A stretch of DNA of 64,000 nucleotides from Synergistota bacterium (GTDB lineage: Bacteria > Synergistota > GBS-1), in the NCBI GenBank assembly GCA_021159885.1, contig JAGHDO010000057.1, forward strand, positions 1,418 through 65,417, written 5' to 3'. The notes under the pieces were generated by a model that ran no database searches, had not been told where the DNA came from, and saw only the letters and a program-made list of their open reading frames with translations. The stretch's first letter is position 1. Each line of letters starts with the position of its first letter. A program made the translations under genes and the position numbers. Positions 51,478-60,094 of this stretch are shown here, in pieces.

Positions 51478-52356
51478 TTGCCTCAGAGGGTTTTGGCGCT
51501 CATAGGATGGCCTTGGAGTGGCCTTGCTCTCGGGGCAGCACCAGTGGCTGAGGAGCTTAAGGTGCCGATGGTCTGCACGTGGGCAACCAATCCAAAGGTA
51601 ACTGAAGGGAGAAAATACGTTTCGAGAGTTGCTTTCATAGACACCTTCGGTGGAAAGATTATAGCGACCTTCCTGGTTAAGGATAAGGGTGTTAAAAAGA
51701 TAGCTATCCTCCAAGACACGAAACAGCCTTATTCCACAGGTCTTGCCGAGTTTGCTAAGAAGGAAATAGAGGCTCTGGGAGGGACCGCGAAGATTTACTC
51801 CACTGAGACGGGCGCCTCACCTCCTGACGTAGCTAAGGTTATAGATGAGATCGTTAAGAGCAAGCCTGAGGCCGTTGTGATGACCGTTTATTCGAGAGAA
51901 GCTGCAATGAGCTTGGCTCTTCTCAAGGAGAAGGGCTTTAAGGGTATCAGGATGATGGGAGATACTGGAGGATCTCCATCTCTCTGGGAGATGTCCGGTG
52001 GGGCTGTTGATGGAATGTATTTCTATGATCACTTCCATCCAGATGGCGCTAAGACGGGAATAGCGGAGAAGTTCGTTGAGCAGTTCAGAAGCAAATATAA
52101 TAAGGAACCTTATGCTGCAGCTGCGGTTGCCTATGATGCCTATCTGATAGTATATAACGCTATAAAGAACTGTCTTAAGGATGGGAAAGAGCTGACGAGG
52201 GATAACATTAACTATTATATAAGACATACGAAAGATCTCGAAGGTGTGACCGGTAAGATCACAATAGATCCTGAAGCTGGTAATCCGACAAAGCCCGCTT
52301 TCCTTATTCAGTGGAAGGGCAACAAGCCAGTATTCCTTAAGCTTATAACTCCTTGA
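51478..52356 (+). pseudogene. 5'-truncated LivK-type (periplasmic binding protein type I) ABC substrate-binding protein remnant
   Basis: The 292-aa frame corresponds to residues ~90 to the end of branched-chain amino-acid binding proteins. It lacks the signal peptide and N-terminal lobe, and an in-frame stop lies at 51451. No permease or ATPase partner is nearby. Confidence 0.55.
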
Positions 52357-52397
52357 CAATTAATAAATAGATTGCTAAAATCTTTACGAGAATAGGC

Positions 52398-52487
52398 GGT
52401 GAGGTGGCCGAGTAGGTCGAAGGCGCTCGCCTGCTAAGCGAGTAGAGGTAACTCCTCTCGAGGGTTCGAATCCCTCCCTCACCGCCA
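52398..52487 (+). tRNA. tRNA-Ser (anticodon GCU)
   Basis: GGTGAGGTGGCCGAG...CTGCTAA...long variable arm...GGGTTCGAATCCCTCCCTCACCGCCA. The 5' and 3' ends resemble E. coli tRNA-Ser(GCU). Confidence 0.9.
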
Positions 52488-52496
52488 TTAGGATGC

Positions 52497-52573
52497 GCGC
52501 CCGTAGCTCAACTGGATAGAGCGGTGGACTACGGATCCACTGGTTGGGGGTTCAAGTCCTCTCGGGCGCGCCA
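52497..52573 (+). tRNA. tRNA-Arg (anticodon ACG)
   Basis: GCGCCCGTAGCTCAACTGGATAGAGC-GGTGGACTACGGATCCAC...CGGGCGCGCCA. The anticodon loop CTACGGA gives ACG. Confidence 0.9.
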
Positions 52574-52587
52574 CTTAATTTAGGAAA

Positions 52588-53052
52588 ATGGATGTCTTAA
52601 ATATAGACGAGTACTTTATGAGAATTGCGCTTGAGGAAGCGAGAAAAGCGGCAGATGAGGATGAGGTTCCAGTAGGAGCGGTTGGAGTTATAGGAGATGA
52701 GATTGTAGCCAGAGCTCACAATAGGCGAGAGCAGTTGCAGGATCCCTTAGCGCATGCTGAGCTTTTTGTGATAAGGGAAGCTGCTTTAAGGCTAAGAAGC
52801 TGGCGTTTGGTTGACCTTGTTATTTATGTTACGCTTGAACCTTGTCCAATGTGTGCGGGTGCGATGGTTCAGGCGAGGATAAAGCGTCTGGTATATGGAT
52901 TGGCGGATCCTCGTTCTGGAGCTGCAGGAAGCGTTATGAATATACTTCAACATGAGAGCCTGAATCACTCCGTTGAGGTAAAAGGAGGGATTCTGGCGGA
53001 GGAAAGCAGGGAGCTTTTAAGGGCTTTTTTCTCCAGAAAAAGGAATAAGTAG
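52588..53052 (+). CDS. tadA: tRNA-specific adenosine deaminase
   Basis: The 154-aa ORF has the CDA-fold motifs HAELFVIREA and PCPMCAGA. Confidence 0.9.
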   Translation: MDVLNIDEYFMRIALEEARKAADEDEVPVGAVGVIGDEIVARAHNRREQLQDPLAHAELFVIREAALRLRSWRLVDLVIYVTLEPCPMCAGAMVQARIKRLVYGLADPRSGAAGSVMNILQHESLNHSVEVKGGILAEESRELLRAFFSRKRNK

Positions 53053-53054
53053 GC

Positions 53055-53146
53055 GGAGAGATGGCCGAGGGGTCGAAGGCGCTCGATTCGAAATCGAGCA
53101 GGCGGTTGATCCCGCCTCGCGAGTTCGAATCTCGCTCTCTCCGCCA
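53055..53146 (+). tRNA. tRNA-Ser (anticodon CGA)
   Basis: GGAGAGATGGCCGAG...CTCGATTCGAAATCGAG...GAGTTCGAATCTCGCTCTCTCCGCCA. It has a long variable arm and anticodon CGA. Confidence 0.88.
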
Positions 53147-53161
53147 TGTAGGAATAAGAGC

Positions 53162-53253
53162 GGAGAGGTGGCTGAGCGGTCGAAGGCGCTCGCCTGGAGA
53201 GCGAGTGGGCGGTTGATCCCGCCCCGGGGGTTCAAATCCCTCCCTCTCCGCCA
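53162..53253 (+). tRNA. tRNA-Ser (anticodon GGA)
   Basis: GGAGAGGTGGCTGAGCGG...CTCGCCTGGAGAGCGAG...GGGGGTTCAAATCCCTCCCTCTCCGCCA. Anticodon is GGA. Confidence 0.88.
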
Positions 53254-53268
53254 TTTAGTTTAGGAAAA

Positions 53269-53550
53269 AGCCGTGGTCGTGCTAGACGGGGAGGTAGCGG
53301 TGCCCTGAACCCGCAATCCGCTATAGCGGGGTTGAATTCCTATCAGAGGTTTCCTCTCATGGGAGCTGTCTCAGGTTGAAGGCGATGAAGGCTGGGTCCC
53401 GTGCGGCAGAGAGCCGTGAACCCCGCCAGGCCCGGAAGGGAGCAACGGTAAGCGGTATTCTCTGGGTGCCACGGGGGTGCTTGGCTGGAGCTGGAGGCCC
53501 GAGAAACGTCCTGGGGGAGGAAATCGACGATAGGTGCACGGCCACGGTTT
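53269..53550 (+). ncRNA. ffs: Signal recognition particle RNA, long (Bacillus-type, Alu-domain-containing) form
   Basis: A terminal helix pairs GCCGTGGTCGTGC (5') with GCACGGCCACGGT (3'). An internal domain-IV consensus CAGGCCCGGAAGGGAGCAAC resembles E. coli CAGGUCCGGAAGGAAGCAGC. A T-run follows the 3' end. Confidence 0.8.
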
Positions 53551-53577
53551 CTTTTTAGGCTAAGGAGGTAGATACCG

Positions 53578-53979
53578 TTGGAAATAGAGATAAGCTTGAG
53601 AGTTAGATATGGAGAGACCGACAAAATGGGTGTTGTTTACTATGCGAGATATCTGGATTGGTTTGAGGTCGGCAGAACCGAGCTGTGTAGGAGAGCGGGA
53701 CTTCCCTATGCTGAGCTTGAAAAAATGGGGTTTTTCATGCCTGCAGTTGAAAGCTGGTGCCGTTATAAATCCCCAGCTTTTTATGATGATCTTTTGACGC
53801 TCAGAGCAAAGCTTGAGGAAATAACGGATTATTCGGTTTCGTTCTCTTATAGGGTTGAAAGAGGTGGTAAGCTGATAGCCCTTGGGAAAACTAAACACTG
53901 CTTTGTGGATAGAAATGGTAGGATGATTAAAGTTCCGAAAAGTTTTATATCTCTCTTTGGAAAGGAGGTAAATAAGTAG
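53578..53979 (+). CDS. Acyl-CoA thioesterase (YbgC/4HBT hot-dog fold)
   Basis: The 133-aa ORF has the YGETDKMGVVYYARYLDWFE signature of 4HBT-family thioesterases. Confidence 0.85.
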   Translation: MEIEISLRVRYGETDKMGVVYYARYLDWFEVGRTELCRRAGLPYAELEKMGFFMPAVESWCRYKSPAFYDDLLTLRAKLEEITDYSVSFSYRVERGGKLIALGKTKHCFVDRNGRMIKVPKSFISLFGKEVNK

Positions 53980-55779
53980 GTGGAGAAGATACTTCTTGGA
54001 AATGAAGCGATAGCGAGGGGAATAGTCGAGAGCAGCGCTGAGGTTGTGACTTCCTATCCTGGTACGCCTTCATCTGAGATACTTCCAGCTGTGGCGAGAT
54101 TTTATAAGGAAGAAGGAATAGATGCTACCGTGGAATGGTGCGTTAATGAGAAAGTGGCATTCGAAATAGCTGCTACTGCGTCCTTTGCTGGTAAAAGATC
54201 TGCGGTAGCGATGAAGCAAGTGGGGCTTAATGTAGCGTTTGATCCGTTTATGAGTGTGGCTTATACGGAACCAGCCGCGGGCTTTATAATAGTTTCAGCT
54301 GATGATCCCGGCCCTCACAGTTCTCAGACGGAGCAGGATAGCAGGTTTGCTGCTATGATGGCTAAGGTTCCCGTTTTTGATCCATCTTCGCCCCGTGAGG
54401 CCAAGGAGATGGTCAAGTTTGCGTATGAATTTTCGGAGAGACATAGGATTATGGTAATGATTAGACCTGGATTAAGGGTATGCCACGCAAGGCAAAACGT
54501 TCCACTGGAAGAGCTTTCATTCGCTCCTAAGAAAGGAGAATTCGTTAAGGATGTAAAAAGATGGGTATGTTTACCTGCTATAAGAAGGGAGCATCATAAG
54601 AGGTTAAATGATAAGCTGAGACAGATAGGTGGGGAACGAGATCCTTTTACGGTTATAGAGAACTCGGGGGAAAGCTCCTTGGGTATAATAGCAAGTGGCG
54701 TTAGCTATGCAATAGTTAAAGATATACTTGAAGGGTACTCTATAAATGCTCCGCTTCTTAAGGTAGGTAGAGCGTTTCCTATCGATGAGAGAGCGTTGAA
54801 TGAGTTTTTATCACTTTGTGATAAAGTTTTGATATTTGAGGAAACCTATCCTGTTATAGAGCTTCAAGTAGAGGAGAGAAGAAGGGTCTTAGGAAAACTG
54901 AGTGGGTATGTTCCTGGAGCGGGAGAGCTGACACCTGAGGTTATAAGGGATGTTTTGTCTAAGCATTTCCCGCTCAGCTTTGAGGGAGAGCCCCAGGGAT
55001 ATAGTGAGGCTCTATCTGAACTTGGCGTAAAGGTGAGAAAGCCCGTTTTATGCCCGGGTTGTCCCCATAGAGCTTCTTTCTTTGCCCTAAGGAGAGCTTT
55101 TCCGAAGGGAATTTACCCCAGTGATATAGGATGCTATACCCTTGGTGTGAATCAAAAAGCGGTTGATAGCGTTATCTGCATGGGCGGTGCCGTGACCATG
55201 GGTTCGGGCTTTAATGTAGCGTTGGGGGATGATGTTCCTGTCATTTCCACGATAGGGGATTCCACTTTCTATCATATGGGGGTGCCAGGCCTTATAGATG
55301 CTGTTTATAATAAGCGCAGGTTTATACTATTTGTCTTGGATAATCATATTACAGCTATGACTGGTGGGCAACCTACCCCGGAGTTTGGCGTTAATCTCAT
55401 GAAAGAGGGAGAAAAAGTTGACATGGTTAAGCTCATTAAAGGATGTGGTGTGGACTTCGTTGAGGTGGTTGATCCCTATGATATCCCCCGAACCATATCT
55501 GTGCTTAAGGAGGCAGGGGAATATGTAAAGCGGGAGAAAAAGGTAGCGGTGGTTATAGCTAAGCACCCGTGTAAGCTCCTTGAGAGAAAGAAATATGATA
55601 AAAAGATCTACGTTGATGAATCTAAGTGTACGGGTTGTAGATATTGTATAGATGAGTTCGTTTGCCCAGGATTGATATTTGACGAGGATAAAAATAAGGC
55701 CATGATAGACCCCAGATTTTGCATAAATTGTGGGGTTTGTGTTCAGGTATGTCCGGTAAAGGCTATAAAGGAGGAATGA
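53980..55779 (+). CDS. iorA: Indolepyruvate:ferredoxin oxidoreductase alpha subunit
   Basis: The 599-aa ORF has a TPP-binding region and two C-terminal 4Fe-4S ferredoxin motifs (CTGCRYC; CINCGVCVQVCP). Confidence 0.88.
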   Translation: MEKILLGNEAIARGIVESSAEVVTSYPGTPSSEILPAVARFYKEEGIDATVEWCVNEKVAFEIAATASFAGKRSAVAMKQVGLNVAFDPFMSVAYTEPAAGFIIVSADDPGPHSSQTEQDSRFAAMMAKVPVFDPSSPREAKEMVKFAYEFSERHRIMVMIRPGLRVCHARQNVPLEELSFAPKKGEFVKDVKRWVCLPAIRREHHKRLNDKLRQIGGERDPFTVIENSGESSLGIIASGVSYAIVKDILEGYSINAPLLKVGRAFPIDERALNEFLSLCDKVLIFEETYPVIELQVEERRRVLGKLSGYVPGAGELTPEVIRDVLSKHFPLSFEGEPQGYSEALSELGVKVRKPVLCPGCPHRASFFALRRAFPKGIYPSDIGCYTLGVNQKAVDSVICMGGAVTMGSGFNVALGDDVPVISTIGDSTFYHMGVPGLIDAVYNKRRFILFVLDNHITAMTGGQPTPEFGVNLMKEGEKVDMVKLIKGCGVDFVEVVDPYDIPRTISVLKEAGEYVKREKKVAVVIAKHPCKLLERKKYDKKIYVDESKCTGCRYCIDEFVCPGLIFDEDKNKAMIDPRFCINCGVCVQVCPVKAIKEE

Positions 55780-55782
55780 GTC

Positions 55783-56346
55783 ATGCAGATAGTATTTTCC
55801 GGTATAGGTGGCCAGGGAATACTTTTAGCAACACGTGTTATAGCTGAATATGCCCTATCAAAGGGCTTTAACGTTATAGGTTCTGAGGTACATGGTATGG
55901 CACAGCGAGGGGGTAGTGTGGTTTCTCACCTCAAGGTGGGGGATTATAAAAGCCCCTTAGTCGCTCAAGGTGAAGCGGATCTTTTAATTTCATTCGATTG
56001 GCATGAGGGGTTGAGAAACCTCCCTTTTCTTGCTAAAAGAGGGATAGCTCTTTTAAATAGCGATATAGGCTCGCGAATAGAGCATCCCGTTTTAAAGGAT
56101 CTCATAGAAGGAAGAGAGCTTAGGATATATATAGTGGATGGGTATAAGATAGCTCTTGGAGAGCTTAACGCTCCTATGACTCTAAATGTAGTTATGCTGG
56201 GGAAGTTAACATCGCTTCTGAGAGATAAATTTCCTCCAGAGGAGATAAAGAACGTTGTGGGGAAGATGGTTCCCACAAAATACAAAGATTTAAATTTGAG
56301 AGCCTTTGATATGGGAAGAGGAGCGGAAGTAAGGGAGGTGAGATAA
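55783..56346 (+). CDS. iorB: Indolepyruvate:ferredoxin oxidoreductase beta subunit
   Basis: The 187-aa ORF has a GIGGQG motif and sits adjacent to iorA. Confidence 0.85.
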   Translation: MQIVFSGIGGQGILLATRVIAEYALSKGFNVIGSEVHGMAQRGGSVVSHLKVGDYKSPLVAQGEADLLISFDWHEGLRNLPFLAKRGIALLNSDIGSRIEHPVLKDLIEGRELRIYIVDGYKIALGELNAPMTLNVVMLGKLTSLLRDKFPPEEIKNVVGKMVPTKYKDLNLRAFDMGRGAEVREVR

Positions 56347-56349
56347 GCA

Positions 56350-57033
56350 ATGTTTTTCTTCTGGGATTGGACTTTCCTGCTATTAATTCCTGCACTTCTC
56401 TTGGCTGTTTACGCTCAAGCGAAGGTCCAATCCACCTATAGAAAATATGCTGCCGTTCCAGCTGCCGTAAGAAAACCAGCATGGATGGTAGCTCGTGAGA
56501 TCTTAGATAGAAACGGTTTGGGACATGTGGCTATAGAGATGATACCCGGAGAGCTTACGGATCACTATGATCCTCGGGCTAAGGTTTTAAGATTGTCGTC
56601 AGCGGTTTACAATAACCCATCAATAGCTGCTATAGGTATAGCTGCTCATGAAGCCGGTCATGCACTTCAACACGCTACAGGTTATCTTCCCCTTTCGATA
56701 AGAAACGCCATAGTTCCAGTGGCAAATATAGGGTCTCAACTTGCTATACCTTTCTTCTTCTTGGGATTTCTCTTTGGTATTCCAAGTCTTATGGATATAG
56801 GCATAGTTGCGTTTTCCGCTGCCGTTGTTTTCCAGCTTATAACTCTTCCGGTTGAATTCGATGCAAGCTCGAGGGCTATAAGGGTTCTTTACACGGGGGG
56901 ATTTGTTTCAAATAGAGAGAAAAAGGCAGTTGAGGAGGTTCTTGGAGCTGCTGCGTTAACCTATGTTGCTGCTACTGCTATGGCAGCGCTTCAGCTTATA
57001 AGGTTGCTTATTCTGAGGGGGGAGAGGGATTAA
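56350..57033 (+). CDS. YugP-family putative neutral zinc metallopeptidase (membrane)
   Basis: The 227-aa ORF has an HEAGHALQH (HExxH) motif and a typical YugP N-terminus (LLLIPALLLAVYAQAKV). Confidence 0.8.
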   Translation: MFFFWDWTFLLLIPALLLAVYAQAKVQSTYRKYAAVPAAVRKPAWMVAREILDRNGLGHVAIEMIPGELTDHYDPRAKVLRLSSAVYNNPSIAAIGIAAHEAGHALQHATGYLPLSIRNAIVPVANIGSQLAIPFFFLGFLFGIPSLMDIGIVAFSAAVVFQLITLPVEFDASSRAIRVLYTGGFVSNREKKAVEEVLGAAALTYVAATAMAALQLIRLLILRGERD

Positions 57034-57036
57034 AGG

Positions 57037-57726
57037 TTGCCTTTACTGATTTTATTCTTACTGTTTCTGTTTTTAGCACCTTGGATGCTTCTCCCCCTTC
57101 TTTTCTTTTTCGTCATACTCGTATTTCTTTTACCCTTTGGTTTTACGCTATACTCACTTTATACGATATTAACGGTACCTGTTGAAATATGGAGAATAGC
57201 AACGAATAAGAAACTTAGGAAAAATCACGCTCTCGAACATGCTACTATTAATGTTATAGAGGAGAAGTTTGGTCCCAGCAATCTCGCAGGACTTGCCAGG
57301 AAAGAAGGCTTTTATATAAAGGGCTTGGTAGACCCGGTTCTTCTTGAGGAAGCGGCACGTGTAGCTCTCTTTCGCCTGAGAAATGGAGAGAAAAGATTAG
57401 CGGTGCATAAGAGATGTGGTACCACCATAGCCATTATAAACTTTGTGGGGGCAGTTTCCTTTCTCGCACTTCTTTTCTTAACCGGGTACTTTACCATCTT
57501 GAACGTCATAATAGCGCTTCTCGTTTCCTATCTTATAGGCCCTCTCTTGAGCCCATGGGTTCAGCTTAGGTTTACGACACTACCAGAGGTAGACGACATG
57601 GAAATAGTTGGTGTGGAGTACAAAGGACCCGATTTGCGAACGTGGGGTCTGCCTTTCTTTTATATTCCTACAGACCTTTTCGTGAGGACCATTGAGAGAA
57701 AAGATTTGGGAAAGGTATTCACTTGA
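57037..57726 (+). CDS. Hypothetical membrane protein with an HxxEH (inverted-zincin-like) motif
   Basis: The 229-aa ORF has a TTG start. It has a very hydrophobic N-terminus, an NHALEHATINV motif, and a central transmembrane segment. Confidence 0.4.
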   Translation: MPLLILFLLFLFLAPWMLLPLLFFFVILVFLLPFGFTLYSLYTILTVPVEIWRIATNKKLRKNHALEHATINVIEEKFGPSNLAGLARKEGFYIKGLVDPVLLEEAARVALFRLRNGEKRLAVHKRCGTTIAIINFVGAVSFLALLFLTGYFTILNVIIALLVSYLIGPLLSPWVQLRFTTLPEVDDMEIVGVEYKGPDLRTWGLPFFYIPTDLFVRTIERKDLGKVFT

Positions 57727-58990
57727 TGTTTTAAGGAGAGTAGAAAAGGGGAGCTGGATAGAACCCCTTATAAGAACTTGGGTTGATGAAGGGAGAATTC
57801 CGCGAAAGGCTGTTGCTTTCGTTGCGGAGGTTTCTTATGGAGTAGTACGCTATTTCTATTTGCTTTCGTGGATAGCAGAAAGGATCATTGGGGAAAAAAG
57901 ATGGAAAAAGCTTCCCGGCGGAGTTAAATGGATAATACTATTGGGGCTCTATCAGCTTAGATTTCATTCGTCGGAGAAGGCGCCTTTCGTTTGTTATAGA
58001 CTTGTGGAGCTGACCAGGGAGCTTTTTCACTCTGGTTTGGCGAAGCTTGTAAATGCTGTTTTGAGATCTTATCTAAGGGATAGAATATCTCCTGAGGAGG
58101 GAGATATTGCTACTCTATATTCGTACCCGCGCTGGCTCGTTGAGGATCTGCTGGAATTCTTTCAAGATAAGAGATACGTCATCAGACTCCTTGAGAGGGG
58201 AAATAGAAGACCTAAGCTTTATATTAAGGTTAATCTAAGTAAAATTAGCGAGGAGAAGTTCGCTTATCTTCTTGCCGATAGTGGGGTAGAGTTTGAAAAG
58301 GTAGGTTTTCTTACAGGGGCTTTTCTGTTGAAGGAAGGCGTTTTTCCCGCTCGACTTCCTGGTTGGAAGGAGGGCTTTTTCTGGCTGGAGGGGTTATGCT
58401 CCATGCTTGCGGTAGATGCTCTTGAACCGGGAGAGGGTGATAAGGTTTTGGATCTATGTGCGGGAAGGGGAGTGAAATCGGCAGATATCGCTCAGCGTCT
58501 TGAGAAAAAGGGAGTTCTTATTTCCATTGACTATTATTGCTGGAAGCTTAAAGAGCTTAAAAGACTGCTTAGGAAACTTGGCTTTTCTCCTGATGCAGTT
58601 ATCGCCATGGATTTAACCCTCCCTAATCCGGGTTTTTCAAATTGGGCTTCTAAGATTATGCTCGATGTTCCATGCTCTAATCTTGCTGATCTTGGAGGAA
58701 AGCCAGAGATAAAACTTAGATTAAATCGTCAAAACCTTATGGAGCTTGTTTCTCTCCAGGAGCGATTGCTCAACGTCGCATCAGATTATCTAAGGCGAGG
58801 AGGGAGGCTTGTTTATTCTACATGTACTTTTCATCCTGCGGAGAACGAGAGAATCGTCAAGGATTTTCTAGCTGCTCATCCGGAATATGAATCTATGGCA
58901 ATTGATGGCATTGATAGGTTTTCAGATAGAATAACCGAGTATGGGTATTATATAGAGGATGGATTTTTTGCCCTCCTTAGAAGGAGGTGA
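57692..58990 (+). CDS. rsmB: 16S rRNA (cytosine967-C5)-methyltransferase RsmB (Sun family)
   Basis: The 432-aa ORF has a NusB-like N-domain and a SAM methyltransferase domain (DLCAGRGVKS; catalytic STCTF). Confidence 0.85.
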   Translation: MREKIWERYSLDVLRRVEKGSWIEPLIRTWVDEGRIPRKAVAFVAEVSYGVVRYFYLLSWIAERIIGEKRWKKLPGGVKWIILLGLYQLRFHSSEKAPFVCYRLVELTRELFHSGLAKLVNAVLRSYLRDRISPEEGDIATLYSYPRWLVEDLLEFFQDKRYVIRLLERGNRRPKLYIKVNLSKISEEKFAYLLADSGVEFEKVGFLTGAFLLKEGVFPARLPGWKEGFFWLEGLCSMLAVDALEPGEGDKVLDLCAGRGVKSADIAQRLEKKGVLISIDYYCWKLKELKRLLRKLGFSPDAVIAMDLTLPNPGFSNWASKIMLDVPCSNLADLGGKPEIKLRLNRQNLMELVSLQERLLNVASDYLRRGGRLVYSTCTFHPAENERIVKDFLAAHPEYESMAIDGIDRFSDRITEYGYYIEDGFFALLRRR

Positions 58991-58996
58991 GGTAAG

Positions 58997-60094
58997 TTGA
59001 AGAGGGTAGTGTTTCTACTTTTTCTGCTTATAGGTGGTCTTGCGGGGTTTCTTTATGTCTATCTTGGTATAGGAGCTCCGAAGGTTATAGTCCCTCCATT
59101 AGTTGGAAAGGAACTAACTTCTGCAACTAAGCTTTTGAATTCCATAGGGCTTCACCTTAAAGTTACTGGGGAAGAATCAAGCACAACTTTTCCTCCTAAT
59201 TATATAGTTTCTCAGAAGCCTTTACCCGGGCTAAGTGTTAAAAAGGGAAGCGTTATAGAAGTTGTCATAAGCGGAAAAGGAGATATGGTAGAAGTTCCCG
59301 ATCTCGTGGGACACAAGCTGAGCGAGGTTTTGGTCTTTATAAAAGAAGCGGGGCTCGTTCTCGGAGATGTTGTGAAGATAAATTACTTGCTTGCGGCTGA
59401 TAATGTGGTTTTAGGACAATCCGTATCCCCTCATAGGAGGGTTCGAAGGGGTAGTAAAATAGATTTGCTTGTGAGTCTTGGTCCTGTGACGAATAAGGTT
59501 TCCGCACCTGATCTTATAGGCATGAGCGTTAAACAGGCAAAAAGGGTTCTTCAAGATGCAGGGCTTAAGTTAGGTAAGGTTTTTGAAAGGGTGCAGAGCG
59601 GGACACCTGGTGTTATCATAGCTCAGTCTCCCAGGCCTTATACTGAGGTTCCGCTTGGAAGCGAGGTGGATATAACAGTGAGGAAGGCTTCACCGGCTGC
59701 TGCTTCTCAGCCCCCAGGTGAGGAATCTACTCAAGCAACGGCAGAAACGCAGTCCCAGCTTCCTCAGAGTGGAGCAACGTCTCTTGCTTCCATCCCGGGA
59801 ACTGAGATTCCCTCAGCAACCGCACCTCAGGAGAAGAAGGAAAAGATAGGAATGATTATACCAAAGGGAACTCGCTTAATAGATTTTACATTTAAGGTGC
59901 CTCCAGGTAAGAGGGAGAAACTCGTGGAGATAATACAGATAGATGTTAAGGGAGAGCATCTTGTTTTTAGGAGGAAGTGCAAGCCTGGTGAGATTATAAG
60001 CTTGAGATTACCGGCTTTTGGTGATAATGTAATAAGGGTTCTGGTTGATGGAAAATTTTATTCGGAGGATAGGTATCCATGGAAGAAAAGGTGA
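58997..60094 (+). CDS. PASTA-domain membrane protein (three PASTA repeats, no kinase or transpeptidase domain)
   Basis: The 365-aa ORF has an N-terminal transmembrane helix and three ~65-aa PASTA-like repeats (VPPLVGK..., VPDLVGH..., APDLIGM...). These are followed by a Ser/Thr/Gln-rich linker and an ~100-aa C-terminal domain. Confidence 0.7.
   Translation: MKRVVFLLFLLIGGLAGFLYVYLGIGAPKVIVPPLVGKELTSATKLLNSIGLHLKVTGEESSTTFPPNYIVSQKPLPGLSVKKGSVIEVVISGKGDMVEVPDLVGHKLSEVLVFIKEAGLVLGDVVKINYLLAADNVVLGQSVSPHRRVRRGSKIDLLVSLGPVTNKVSAPDLIGMSVKQAKRVLQDAGLKLGKVFERVQSGTPGVIIAQSPRPYTEVPLGSEVDITVRKASPAAASQPPGEESTQATAETQSQLPQSGATSLASIPGTEIPSATAPQEKKEKIGMIIPKGTRLIDFTFKVPPGKREKLVEIIQIDVKGEHLVFRRKCKPGEIISLRLPAFGDNVIRVLVDGKFYSEDRYPWKKR

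Noticed and set aside
52934-53254. Several 60-106-aa minus-strand ORFs across the tRNA-Ser genes and the end of tadA
   Set aside because: They overlap confidently identified tRNA genes on the opposite strand. The GC-rich tRNA sequence keeps random frames open, so they are not protein-coding.
53343-53898. ORFs (93, 62, 60 and 112 aa) overlapping the SRP RNA and the thioesterase gene
   Set aside because: The region is explained by the structured ffs RNA (terminal helix plus domain IV motif) and by the 4HBT thioesterase CDS. The alternative ORFs have no RBS or homology signal.
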